NCBI GenBank assembly: GCA_016882265.1
Contig: VGVB01000008.1
Span: 5,862-69,861, forward strand
Origin: Gammaproteobacteria bacterium
Lineage (GTDB): Bacteria > Pseudomonadota > Gammaproteobacteria > Steroidobacterales > Steroidobacteraceae
DNA length: 64,000 nt
Reading direction: 5' to 3'
Below, piece after piece: positions 12,514 through 23,976 of this stretch. Under the pieces are notes generated by a model. The model ran no database searches, had not been told where the DNA came from, and saw only the letters and a program-made list of their open reading frames with translations. Position 1 is the first letter of the stretch. Each line of letters opens with the position of its first letter. The translations under genes were made by a program, and so were the position numbers.

Positions 12514-13928
12514 GGCTGGCCCGCCGTGCGACCCGGCGCGAGGGTCAGGATCGTACGATTCTCCGGCCTCAGCCAGTCCGCGGCGACCTGTCGGATCTGC
12601 TCCGGTGTGATCGCGCGGAACCGCTCCTCGAGGCGATTGATCCGGGCCGGGTCGTCGTCGAACAGCGCGAAGGCAGCCAGCAGGTTGGTCAGGCCGAAGC
12701 GCGTATTCGAGCCGGCGAGATCATAGAGACCGGCGCGCAGCTTGGTCAGTGCCCGCTCGAGTTCCGCTGCGGACGGCGGTTCACGTTGCATGCGGGCGAT
12801 CTCGGCGTCGAGGTCGGCGAGGATCGCATCCGCGGCGGCCGGATCGTCGTGCACGAGATAGACCATCCACAGCATCGGGCCGTCGTAGTCGAACAGATTG
12901 CCGAGCAGGTTGACGCCGCCGGCGACCTCGCCGGCATGGCCGCGCTCGCGGACGAGGCGCTGCCACAGCCGGCTGTCCTCGCCCTGCAGCAGGATCTGGT
13001 CGAGCAGGCCGAAGACGTAGTGCTCGGGCGTGCCGCGCGGCGGCACGTGCCAGGCGAGGGCGAGGCCGGGCCGCGGCGCGAGCGCGTCCGTCTGCGTGTG
13101 GCGCTTGCCGGCCTGCTGGCGCGGCTCGGACACGTCCGGCCGCGGCGGTGTCGCGCGCGCCGGCACCGGGCCGAAATATCGCTCGATCCAGCCGCGGACC
13201 TGGTCCCGGTCGAAATCGCCGGCGACCACCAGCACCGCGTTGCCCGGCGCGTAGTAGCGCTCGAAGAACCCGCGCACGTCGGCCAGCGTCGCCGCGTCGA
13301 GATCGGCCATGTCACCGTAGAAGTTGTGCGCGTTGTGCCAGTTCTCGTTGGCGAGCTGCGGCAGCGACAGCCACGGGAAGCCACCGTACGGCCGGTTCAG
13401 CACATTGTCGCGGACCTCGTTCTGGACCACGCTGCGCTGGTTGTCGAGGTTGTCCTGCGTGATAGCCAGCCCGCGCATGCGGTCCGCCTCGGCCCACAGT
13501 ACGGTTTCCAGCGTGTGTGCCGGTACGACCTGGAAGTAGTTGGTGTAGTCGAAGCGCGTCGAGCCGTTCAGGATCCCGCCGTTGCCCTCGACCAGCCGGA
13601 TGAATTCCATCTTGCCGAGGTTGACCGAGCCCTGGAACATCAGATGTTCGAACAGGTGCGCGAAGCCGGTGCGGCCACGCGGCTCGTTACGGAAACCGAT
13701 CCGGTACCAGACGCCGGCCGTGACCGTGGGCGCGCCCGGATCTCGCGACAGCACGACGCGCAGGCCGTTGTCGAGCCGGTAGTACTCGATCGGAATATCG
13801 ATGCCGGTGACGGCGGCCGCTGCTTGTGCCGGGGCCGACTCCGCGGCCGGCCGCGGGCCGGCGGCGCAGCCGGCCAGCAACGCTGCGCCGAGCGCCGTCG
13901 CCAGCCACGCGCTGCGCCGGCTCGTCAT
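12510..13928 (-). CDS. M16 family zinc peptidase, catalytic subunit, probable lipoprotein
   Basis: GRTGFAHLFEHLMFQGS (HXXEH), NGST, EADRM; lipobox LLAGC. Confidence 0.92.
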   Translation of the reverse strand: MTSRRSAWLATALGAALLAGCAAGPRPAAESAPAQAAAAVTGIDIPIEYYRLDNGLRVVLSRDPGAPTVTAGVWYRIGFRNEPRGRTGFAHLFEHLMFQGSVNLGKMEFIRLVEGNGGILNGSTRFDYTNYFQVVPAHTLETVLWAEADRMRGLAITQDNLDNQRSVVQNEVRDNVLNRPYGGFPWLSLPQLANENWHNAHNFYGDMADLDAATLADVRGFFERYYAPGNAVLVVAGDFDRDQVRGWIERYFGPVPARATPPRPDVSEPRQQAGKRHTQTDALAPRPGLALAWHVPPRGTPEHYVFGLLDQILLQGEDSRLWQRLVRERGHAGEVAGGVNLLGNLFDYDGPMLWMVYLVHDDPAAADAILADLDAEIARMQREPPSAAELERALTKLRAGLYDLAGSNTRFGLTNLLAAFALFDDDPARINRLEERFRAITPEQIRQVAADWLRPENRTILTLAPGRTAGQP

Positions 13929-13939
13929 CGCTGCCGGCC

Positions 13940-14707
13940 TTACTTCGGCGCCATGCGGATCGCGCCGTCGAGCCGGATGGTCGTGCCGTTCAGCATCGGG
14001 TTGGCGCAGATCGCCGCGACCAGGTCGGCGTATTCCTCGGGCTTGCCGAGGCGCGGCGGGAATGGCACCTGGCGGCCGAGCGATTCCTGCGCTTCTTTGG
14101 GCAGGCCTGCCATCATCGGCGTCTCGAACAGGCCCGGGGCGATGCCGACGACGCGGATGCCGAAGCGGGCGAGTTCGCGCGCCAGCGGCAGGATCATGCC
14201 GGCATTCGCGGCCTTGGAGGCCGAATAAGCCACCTGGCCGATCTGGCCTTCGTAAGCCGCCACCGAGGCGGTGTGGATCAGCAGGCCGCGTTCGCCGCCG
14301 GCATCGGGCGCGTTGTGCTGCATCAGCGCGGCCGCCGCGCGGTCCACGGTGAAGTGGCCGACGGTGTTGACGGTGAGCACGCGGGTGAACGCGGCCGTGG
14401 ACAGCGGGCCGTCCTTGCCCAGCAGCTTCGCTGCCACGCCGATGCCGGCGCAGTTGACCGCGACGTTGAGTCCGCCGAGCCAGTCGGCCGCGGCACGGAC
14501 CGCCGCCTCCGTCGCGGCCTCATCGGTGACGTCGCAATGCTGGAAGCGGGCGGCGGCGCCGAGCCGCGCGGCCGCGGCCTTGCCGAGCTCGTCCTGGACA
14601 TCGAGGAGCACGGCCCGGCCGCCTTCGGCGACGATCCGCGTCGCGGTCGCCAGTCCGAGCCCCGATGCGCCACCGGTGATGATGGCCCTGATCTCTTTCA
14701 TCTGCAT
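13940..14707 (-). CDS. SDR, 3-hydroxyacyl-CoA dehydrogenase type 2 (HSD17B10-like)
   Basis: TGGASGLG, VNCAGI, ASVAAYEGQIGQVAYSASK, VPFPPRLGKPEEYA, IRLDGAIRM. Confidence 0.9.
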   Translation of the reverse strand: MQMKEIRAIITGGASGLGLATATRIVAEGGRAVLLDVQDELGKAAAARLGAAARFQHCDVTDEAATEAAVRAAADWLGGLNVAVNCAGIGVAAKLLGKDGPLSTAAFTRVLTVNTVGHFTVDRAAAALMQHNAPDAGGERGLLIHTASVAAYEGQIGQVAYSASKAANAGMILPLARELARFGIRVVGIAPGLFETPMMAGLPKEAQESLGRQVPFPPRLGKPEEYADLVAAICANPMLNGTTIRLDGAIRMAPK

Positions 14708-14743
14708 GCTGCGCCAACCTCTGGTTCGCGTGGTCCGTGAATC

Positions 14744-15505
14744 TTACAGCCGCAGGCCGCCGTCCACCTCGAGTACGCGGCCGGTCAGGAAATCGTTGCG
14801 GGCGATGAAGACCGCGGCGGCAGCGATTTCGGCCGGCTCGCCGAGGCGCTGCAGTGGCACCGGGGCCGTGACCTTGGCCAGGGCCTCCGGCTTCATCGAC
14901 GAGAGGATATCGGTCGCGCAGAAGCCCGGCGCGATCGCCGCGCTGCGAATGCCGTAGCGAGCGAGCTCCTTGGCCCAGACGACGCTCATCGCCGCGACGC
15001 CGGCCTTGGCGGCGGAATAATTGGTCTGGCCGGGATTACCTTCGCGGGACACCGAGGAGATGTTGATGATCACGCCGCCGTTGCCGAGCCGGATCATGCG
15101 GGAGGCAGCCTCGCGCCCGCCGAGGAACACGCCGGTCAGGTTGACGTCGATGACCGCCTGCCATTGCGCAAGCGTCATGCCGCCGGCGACCTCGCCGTCC
15201 CTGACCTTGACCAGCAAGGCGTCGCGGGTGATGCCGGCGTTGTTGATCATCACGTCGAGCCGGCCAAGATCGACGACGACCGCATCGAGACTTGCGATCA
15301 CCTGGGCTTCGTCGGCGACGTTGGTCGGGTAGCCGGCGGCGCGGACGCCCTGGGCCTCGCACAGTGTGCGGGTCTCAGCGAGATCGGCCGCGTTGAGGTC
15401 CAGCAGCGCGAGGTTGGCGCCCTCGGCGGCAAAGGCGAGCGCCATCGCGCGGCCCAAACCGCGCCCGCCACCGGTAATTGCGACAACTTTCTGCTGCAGT
15501 CTCAT
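14744..15505 (-). CDS. SDR oxidoreductase (FabG-like)
   Basis: [32 protein letters not shown]. Confidence 0.88.
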   Translation of the reverse strand: MRLQQKVVAITGGGRGLGRAMALAFAAEGANLALLDLNAADLAETRTLCEAQGVRAAGYPTNVADEAQVIASLDAVVVDLGRLDVMINNAGITRDALLVKVRDGEVAGGMTLAQWQAVIDVNLTGVFLGGREAASRMIRLGNGGVIINISSVSREGNPGQTNYSAAKAGVAAMSVVWAKELARYGIRSAAIAPGFCATDILSSMKPEALAKVTAPVPLQRLGEPAEIAAAAVFIARNDFLTGRVLEVDGGLRL

Positions 15506-15584
15506 AGAGGTGCCGGACGTTCGTTTGGAAATTCGGGCACGTTAGCGGGTTTTGCGGCGCAAAACAACGGTCCGGCCGGGGCAA

Positions 15585-17554
<1,970 letters not shown>

Positions 17555-17558
<4 letters not shown>

Positions 17559-18343
17559 GCGTCCGGGATCCAGTCGGGGCGGCGCTTCTCCAGAAAGGCA
17601 GCGAGTCCTTCGCGGCCCTCAGCGCTCGCCCGCAGGCGTGCCAGCCAGCGCGCGTTGTTCGCGTTGCGCGCGCGGTCGCTGGCCTCGTCGCGGCCGCAGC
17701 CCGCGGTGAGCAGCCGCTTGATCTCGGTCTGCGCGCGCGGCCCGCCGGCCAGCAGCTCGTCCACCAGCGCGGCGACCCGGGCCGGCAGCTCCGCGGCCGG
17801 CGCGGTTTCGTGCACGAGGCCGATGCGCAGCGCGGTCGCCGCGTCCATCGCCGCTCCGGTCAGGGACCAGCGCCGGGCCTGGCGCGGGCCGATCGCGCGC
17901 AGCACGTACGGCGAGATCATCGCCGGCAGGATGCCGAGCCGCACTTCCGACAACGCGATGCGCGCATGATCCGCGGCCAGCGCGATGTCGCAGGCCGCGA
18001 GCAGGCCGACGCCGCCGCCGAAAGCGGCGCCGTTGATGATCGCGACGGTCGGCTGCGGCAGGATCTCCAGCAGCTCGAGCATGCGGCTGAACCGCCCGGC
18101 ATCGGCCTCATTCGCCGCCACGCTCGCCTGCGCGGCGGCGCGCATATCACCGATGTCGGCGCCGCCGCAGAAGGCGCTGCCGGCCCCGCTCAGCAGCACG
18201 ATGCGGACGCCCGGGTCCGCGGCCAGGCGTTCGAGCGCCGCGCTCAATGCAGCGACCAGCGCCGCCGACAGCGCATTGCGGGCTTCGGGCCGCTCCAGCG
18301 TCAGCGTCACCACGCCGCGCCGGTCACGTTCTTCACGCAGCAT
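17555..18343 (-). CDS. liuC: Enoyl-CoA hydratase, probable methylglutaconyl-CoA hydratase
   Basis: AFCGGAD, GGGVGLLAACD, LSEVRLGILPAMISPYV, EGREGLAAFLEKRRP; lies between the MCC subunit genes. Confidence 0.82.
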
Positions 18344-18346
18344 GCG

Positions 18347-19957
18347 TCACATCCTGAATACGCCGTAGGCTTCGGGCGCGGGCGGCGGGCCCTGCGCGAT
18401 GATGCCGAGCGCGAGGCCGAGCACGCGGCGGGTATCGGTGGGTTCGATCACGCCGTCGTCCCACAGCCGCGCGGTCGCGTAGTACGGGTTGCCCTGCTGC
18501 TCGTAGCGGGTGCGGATCCCGGCGACGAAGCGCTCTTCCTCGTCGGCCGGCCACTCGCTGCCGCGCGCCTGCAGCGCGTCGCGGCGCACCGTCGCCAGCA
18601 CGCTGGCCGCCTGCTCGCCGCCCATCACCGACACGCGCGCGTTCGGCCAGGTCCACAGGAAGCGGCCGCCGTAGGCGCGCCCGCACATCGCGTAATTACC
18701 GGCGCCGTGCGAGCCGCCGATCACAATGGTCAGCTTCGGCACCGTGGCGCAGGCCACCGCGGTGACCATCTTGGCGCCGTCGCGGGCGATGCCGGCGTTC
18801 TCGTAGCGACGCCCGACCATGAAGCCGGTGATGTTCTGCAGGAACAGCAGCGGAATGCGCCGGCGGCTGGCGAGCTGCACGAAGTGCGCACCCTTCAGCG
18901 CCGACTCGGAAAACAGGATGCCGTTACTGGCGACGAGCGCGAGCGGATAGCCGCAGACGCGGGCGAAGCCGCAGACCAGGGTCTTGCCGTACAGCGCCTT
19001 GAACTCGTGGAACTCGGAGGCGTCGACCAGCCGCGCGATCACCTCGTGCACGGCGTACGGCTGGCGCAGGTCGCGCGGCAGGATGCCGCCGATGTCCGCG
19101 GCCGGATACAGCGGCTCCGCCGGCTCCTGCTGCGCCAGCCACTCCGGTGCCGGCGCATCGAGCGCAGCACAGGCTGCGCGCGCCAGCGCGAGTGCGTGCG
19201 CGTCGCTGTCGGCGAGATGGTCGACTACACCCGAAGTCCGCGCGTGCACGTCGCCGCCGCCGAGACTCTCCGCATCCACGACTTCGCCGGTGGCGGCCCG
19301 CACCAGCGGCGGACCGCCGAGGAAGATCGTGCCCTGGTTGCGCACGATGATCGACTCGTCGCACATCGCCGGCACGTAGGCACCGCCCGCCGTACACGAG
19401 CCCATGACCACCGCGAGCTGCGGAATGCCGGCGGCCGACAGGTGCGCCTGGTTGTAGAAGATCCGCCCGAAATGCTCGCGGTCCGGGAACACCTCGTCCT
19501 GCAGCGGCAGGAACGCGCCGCCCGAATCGACCAGATAGATGCAGGGCAGGCGGTTCTCGAGCGCGACCAGCTGCGCGCGCAGGTGCTTCTTCACCGTCAT
19601 CGGCAGATACGAGCCGCCCTTCACGGTTGCGTCGTTGGCCACGACCATGGCCAGCCGGCCCTGTACGCGGCCGACGCCGGCGATGAGGCCCGCCGCCGGC
19701 GCCTCGTCGTCGTACATGCCATTGGCCGCGAGCGGGCTCAGTTCGAGGAACGGGCTGCCCGGATCGAGCAGCGCATCGACGCGATCGCGGGCCAGCAGCT
19801 TGCCGCGGGCGACGTGGCGTGCCCTGGAGCCGGCGTCGCCGCCCAGCGCCGCGGCGGCCTGGCGCTCGCGCAGCGTCGCGCACAGCGCCTGCATCGCGGC
19901 GGCGTTGTCGCGGAACTCGGCGCTGCGGCTGTCGGCGTGGGAAGTCAGTCGGGTCAT
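18347..19957 (-). CDS. liuB: 3-methylcrotonyl-CoA carboxylase beta (carboxyltransferase)
   Basis: [46 protein letters not shown]; start taken at MTRL. Confidence 0.92.
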   Translation of the reverse strand: MTRLTSHADSRSAEFRDNAAAMQALCATLRERQAAAALGGDAGSRARHVARGKLLARDRVDALLDPGSPFLELSPLAANGMYDDEAPAAGLIAGVGRVQGRLAMVVANDATVKGGSYLPMTVKKHLRAQLVALENRLPCIYLVDSGGAFLPLQDEVFPDREHFGRIFYNQAHLSAAGIPQLAVVMGSCTAGGAYVPAMCDESIIVRNQGTIFLGGPPLVRAATGEVVDAESLGGGDVHARTSGVVDHLADSDAHALALARAACAALDAPAPEWLAQQEPAEPLYPAADIGGILPRDLRQPYAVHEVIARLVDASEFHEFKALYGKTLVCGFARVCGYPLALVASNGILFSESALKGAHFVQLASRRRIPLLFLQNITGFMVGRRYENAGIARDGAKMVTAVACATVPKLTIVIGGSHGAGNYAMCGRAYGGRFLWTWPNARVSVMGGEQAASVLATVRRDALQARGSEWPADEEERFVAGIRTRYEQQGNPYYATARLWDDGVIEPTDTRRVLGLALGIIAQGPPPAPEAYGVFRM

Positions 19958-19979
19958 TGTTGTGCCCTCGCCGGAAGCC

Positions 19980-21143
19980 TCAGGCGGTTGCCCGGAACAG
20001 TTCACGGCCGATCAGCAGCCGGCGGATCTCGGTGGTGCCGGCGCCGATCTCGTACAGCTTCGCATCGCGCAGGATCCGCCCGGCCGGGTAGTCGTTGACG
20101 TAGCCGTTACCGCCCAGCACCTGGATCGCGGCGAGGCCGGCGCGGGTGGCGCGTTCGGATGCGAACAGCAGGCAGCCCGCCGCGTCGAAGCGCGTCGTAT
20201 GGCCGGCGTCGCAGGCGCGCGCGACCGCGTAGGCATAGGCGCGGGCCGCGTTGGCCTCGGAGTAGAGATCGGCGAGCTGCGCCTGCATGAGCTGGAAATT
20301 GCCGATCGGCTGGCCGAACTGCTGGCGTTCGTGCAGGTACGGGACGACGAGATCGAGCGCCGCGCGCAGCAGGCCGAGCGGGCCGCCGGTCAGCACGACG
20401 CGCTCGTAGTCGAGGCCCGACATCAGGATCGCCGTGCCTTCGCCGACGGCGCCGAGCACGTTGGCGGCCGGAACGATGCAGTCGTCGAACACCAGCTCGC
20501 TGGTGTCGGAGCCGCGCATGCCGAGCTTGTCGAGCTTCGCTCCGGCGCGGAAGCCCGGCATGCCGCGCTCGACGAGGAAGGCCGTGATGCCGGCCGCCCG
20601 GCTGCCGGGCGCGACCGTCGCGTACACGATCACGACATCGGCGACCGGACCGTTCGTGATCCACATCTTGCTGCCGTTCAGGCGGAAGCCATCGGCGCAG
20701 GGCTCGGCCCGCGTGCGCAGCGACAGCACGTCCGAACCGGACCCCGGCTCGCTCATCGCCAGCGCGCCGATGTGCTCGCCGCTGACGAGGCCCGGCAGCA
20801 GGCGGCGCTTCTGCGCGTCGGTGCCGAAGCGAACGAGCTGGTTCACGCACAGGTTCGAATGCGCGCCGTAGGACAGGCCGACTGCGCCCGAGGCGCGGCT
20901 GATTTCCTCCATCGCAATCACGTGCTCGAAGTAGCCGTAGCCGAGGCCGCCGTAATCCTCGGGCACGGTGAGGCCCAACAGGCCCATCGCGCCCAGCTCC
21001 GGCCACAGCTCGCGCGGGAAGCGGTTGTCGCGGTCGATCCCATCCGCCACGGGTGAAATGCGGCGGCGGGCGAATTCGCGCACGGCGGTCCTCAGTTCGT
21101 CCGCCCGCTCGCCTGACTGAAAGTCCAGCTCGATATCGAACAC
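19980..21143 (-). CDS. ivd: Isovaleryl-CoA dehydrogenase
   Basis: [51 protein letters not shown]; start uncertain (GTG 21143). Confidence 0.92.
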   Translation of the reverse strand: MFDIELDFQSGERADELRTAVREFARRRISPVADGIDRDNRFPRELWPELGAMGLLGLTVPEDYGGLGYGYFEHVIAMEEISRASGAVGLSYGAHSNLCVNQLVRFGTDAQKRRLLPGLVSGEHIGALAMSEPGSGSDVLSLRTRAEPCADGFRLNGSKMWITNGPVADVVIVYATVAPGSRAAGITAFLVERGMPGFRAGAKLDKLGMRGSDTSELVFDDCIVPAANVLGAVGEGTAILMSGLDYERVVLTGGPLGLLRAALDLVVPYLHERQQFGQPIGNFQLMQAQLADLYSEANAARAYAYAVARACDAGHTTRFDAAGCLLFASERATRAGLAAIQVLGGNGYVNDYPAGRILRDAKLYEIGAGTTEIRRLLIGRELFRATA

Positions 21144-21183
21144 CAGGAGCCTCGAATAACCCGGTTCTTGCGGCTCCATGATA

Positions 21184-21204
21184 ATTGTCCGACAATCCGA
21201 CAAT
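21184..21204. promoter_or_regulatory. Putative GntR/FadR operator
   Basis: Palindrome ATTGTC-C-GACAAT plus a tandem second CCGACAAT between the divergent ivd and gntR genes. Confidence 0.6.
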
Positions 21205-21230
21205 CAATACCCGGATCGCAGGATGTGACG

Positions 21231-21962
21231 ATGTTCGAACCAGTCGGCCAATCGCCGGCCTACCGCCGGGTCTGCGAGGTGATCCGCGGGCGGATCCTGA
21301 GCCGCGACCTGCCGGAAGGGGCCGTTCTGCCGACCGAGACCGAGCTCGCCCGGCAGTTCGAGGTCAATCGCTCGACCGTGCGGGAGGCGCTGCGGCAGTT
21401 GCAGAGTAACGGTCTGGTCGGCCGGCGCCGCGGCGGTAAGCGGCTGGTGGTGACGCGGCCGACCAAGGAAGCAGTGGCTGGCGGATTCTCGCAGGCACTG
21501 GCGTTGCACGAAGCCCGGGTCATGGATGTCTGCGAGGCGCTGCTGGCCGTCGAGCCCGGCATCGCCGCCGCCGCGGCACGCCAGCGCGGCGACGCAACGG
21601 TGCAGCGCCTGCGCGCAGCCGCGCAGCGCTTCACCGGCGCCGGCGGCGACAGCGCGGAAGCCGTCGGGGCCGTCGCCGAGTTCTTCGATGCGCTGGCGGC
21701 CGGCAGCGGCAACCCGGTGTTCGTACTGCTGAACGAGCCGCTGATGGGGCTGCTGCAGCCGGGACTTGCGGACATCATCGACCGGGTACCGCAGGCGCGG
21801 CGCCGGATCGGCATGGCGCAGCAGCAGATCCTGCAGGCCGTCGCGGCCGCTGACGCGGACGCCGCGGCCGCCTGGATGTCACGCCACGTGCAGGATTTCC
21901 GTCGCGGTTACGAGGTCGCGGGCCTGCCGCTCGCAGCGGCGGTGGGCCACGGGCCGGGCTGA
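21231..21962 (+). CDS. GntR/FadR family transcriptional regulator
   Basis: LPTETELARQFEVNRSTVREAL winged HTH and FCD-like C-terminus. Confidence 0.92.
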   Translation: MFEPVGQSPAYRRVCEVIRGRILSRDLPEGAVLPTETELARQFEVNRSTVREALRQLQSNGLVGRRRGGKRLVVTRPTKEAVAGGFSQALALHEARVMDVCEALLAVEPGIAAAAARQRGDATVQRLRAAAQRFTGAGGDSAEAVGAVAEFFDALAAGSGNPVFVLLNEPLMGLLQPGLADIIDRVPQARRRIGMAQQQILQAVAAADADAAAAWMSRHVQDFRRGYEVAGLPLAAAVGHGPG

Positions 21963-21970
21963 GCCGGGGA

Positions 21971-23152
21971 TCAGAGCAGTTCGATCGCGACCGCGGTGGC
22001 TTCGCCGCCGCCGATGCACAGCGAGGCGACGCCGCGCCGGCCGCCATGGCGCCGCAGCCCGTGCAGCAGCGTCGCGAGGATCCGGGCGCCCGAGGCGCCG
22101 ATCGGGTGACCGAGCGCACAGGCGCCGCCGTGCACGTTGACGCGCGCGTGGTCGAGCCCGAGCTCCTGCATCGCCGCCATCGTGACGACCGCGAAGGCTT
22201 CGTTGATCTCGTACAGGTCCACCTCCCCCGCTTGCCAGCCGGCGCGCTCGAGCACCTTGCGCAGCGCGCCGACCGGGGCGGTCGTGAACCACTCCGGCTC
22301 CTGCGCGTGCGAGGCCTGCGCGACGATGCGGGCCAGCGGGCGCAGCCCGGCCTTCCGGGCCGCAGCGGCACCGGCGAGTACGAGCGCCGCCGCGCCGTCC
22401 GAGATCGACGACGAACTCGCGGCCGTGACCGTGCCGTCCTGGGCGAACGCCGGTTTCAGTTGCGGAATCTTCTCGAGCGAGCAGGTGAATGGCGTCTCGT
22501 CGCGCGCGATGCGGCTCTCGCCCTTGCGCTCGCGGACGGTGACCGGCGCGATTTCCGCCTCGAATGCGCCCGACTCGATCGCGGCCAGTGCGCGGCGCAC
22601 CGACTCGGCGGCGAAGGCATCCTGCGTCGCGCGGTCGTAGCCGTAGCGCCGTGCGGTGGCCTCGGCGAACGCGCCCATCATGCGACCGTCCCAGGGGCTC
22701 TGCAGACCGTCGCAGAACATGTGATCGAGCAGCTCACCGTGGCCCATGCGGTAACCGCTGCGGGCCTTCGGCAGCAGGTAGGGCGCGTTGCTCATCGACT
22801 CGATGCCGCCGGCCAGCACGAAGGCGGCGGCGCCGGCGGCGATCTGCTCGGCGCCCAGCATCACGGCCTTCATGCCGGAGCCGCACATCTTGTTGATGGT
22901 CATCGCCGGGACCGCGTGCGGCAGGCCCGCGGCGAGCGCGGCCTGGCGGGCGGGCGCCTGGCCCTGGCCGGCGGGCAGCACGCAGCCGAGGATCACCTCA
23001 TCGACCGAGGCGGCGGCGAGGCCGGATTCCTCGAGGACAGCACGCAGCACGGCCGCGCCGAGCTGGGGCGCCGGGAGTGCGGCGAGGGAGCCCAGCAGCG
23101 CGCCGATCGGCGTGCGACGGGCGCTCAGTACGACGGGGGAATGATCTGGCAT
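21971..23152 (-). CDS. Acetyl-CoA C-acyltransferase (thiolase)
   Basis: INKMCGSGMK, EINEAFA, GHPIGASG, SLCIGGGE; start taken at MPDHSP. Confidence 0.94.
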   Translation of the reverse strand: MPDHSPVVLSARRTPIGALLGSLAALPAPQLGAAVLRAVLEESGLAAASVDEVILGCVLPAGQGQAPARQAALAAGLPHAVPAMTINKMCGSGMKAVMLGAEQIAAGAAAFVLAGGIESMSNAPYLLPKARSGYRMGHGELLDHMFCDGLQSPWDGRMMGAFAEATARRYGYDRATQDAFAAESVRRALAAIESGAFEAEIAPVTVRERKGESRIARDETPFTCSLEKIPQLKPAFAQDGTVTAASSSSISDGAAALVLAGAAAARKAGLRPLARIVAQASHAQEPEWFTTAPVGALRKVLERAGWQAGEVDLYEINEAFAVVTMAAMQELGLDHARVNVHGGACALGHPIGASGARILATLLHGLRRHGGRRGVASLCIGGGEATAVAIELL

Positions 23153-23259
23153 GTTGCTGATCCTGAAAGAAATAGTGACACCGGAACCGAAGACGGTTGC
23201 CCGGGGTCCCATTCGGTCCTGGTGGCTGATTTTGCCCTGCAAAATGAAAAAAGTCTCGC

Positions 23260-23901
23260 CTACCGGCGCGGTCGGAGACCGTCCTCGAAGAAGCCAATGA
23301 ACCGGTCGGCGATGTCGGCCGCAGCCAGCGCCTCGGATTCGCGGTGCCAGTGCGCGATCCAGTTCAGGGCTCCGGCGATCGCAAATGCCGTGATCTTCGC
23401 ATCGCAATCCCGAATCGAGCCATCGGCCGTGCCCTGCTGGATCAACGCGCGGATCTGCCGGTCGATTTCGCCCTTGCGGGCGCGGATCCGGGCGCTCATC
23501 GCGGCGTCGAGATCCTGGTCCTCGGCGCGGACCATGCACCAGCCGAATTCCGACGCGATCGCGAGTGCATAGCCGCGCAGGACGATGCGCAGCCGCTCGC
23601 GGCCGTTCCCGTGCGACCGGCGCGCTTCGTCGAAGGCCGCGCCGATGCCGGCGAGGCCGGCCTGGAAGCACTCGAACAGCAGGTCCTGCTTGTTGCGCAC
23701 GTAGTAATACAGCGTCGGCTTGGTCACGCCGAGCGCCGCGGCAATGTCGTCGAGCGAAGTGTTGTGGTAGCCGCGTTCGCGAAAGGCGCGGGCCGCCGCG
23801 CGAATCACGGCATCGCGCTTCAGTGCGCGGTCGCGCCGGCGGCGCCCGCCGTGCCAGGGGGAAGCATGCCCGGCGGCGACCGTTCGCTGCTGCTGCGTCA
23901 T
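23260..23901 (-). CDS. TetR/AcrR family regulator
   Basis: AAARAFRERGYHNTSLDDIAAALGVTKPTLYYY HTH; GALNWIAHW; GGAG before ATG 23901. Confidence 0.92.
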   Translation of the reverse strand: MTQQQRTVAAGHASPWHGGRRRRDRALKRDAVIRAAARAFRERGYHNTSLDDIAAALGVTKPTLYYYVRNKQDLLFECFQAGLAGIGAAFDEARRSHGNGRERLRIVLRGYALAIASEFGWCMVRAEDQDLDAAMSARIRARKGEIDRQIRALIQQGTADGSIRDCDAKITAFAIAGALNWIAHWHRESEALAAADIADRFIGFFEDGLRPRR

Positions 23902-23962
23902 CGGAACTCCACGCCTGCGCTTGACGGCCACCCCGCCGCGGCCGATACTGCTCGCAGTTATC

Positions 23963-23976
23963 TTACTCATGGGTAA
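23963..23976. promoter_or_regulatory. Putative TetR operator
   Basis: AT-rich near-palindrome TTACTCA-TGGGTAA between the divergent tetR and icmF genes. Confidence 0.45.

Noticed and set aside
23160..23260. AAATAGTGACACC and a small AACCG-AAGA-CGGTT hairpin as another palindrome-family copy
   Set aside because: Only a half-site with no mirrored partner; cannot be supported.
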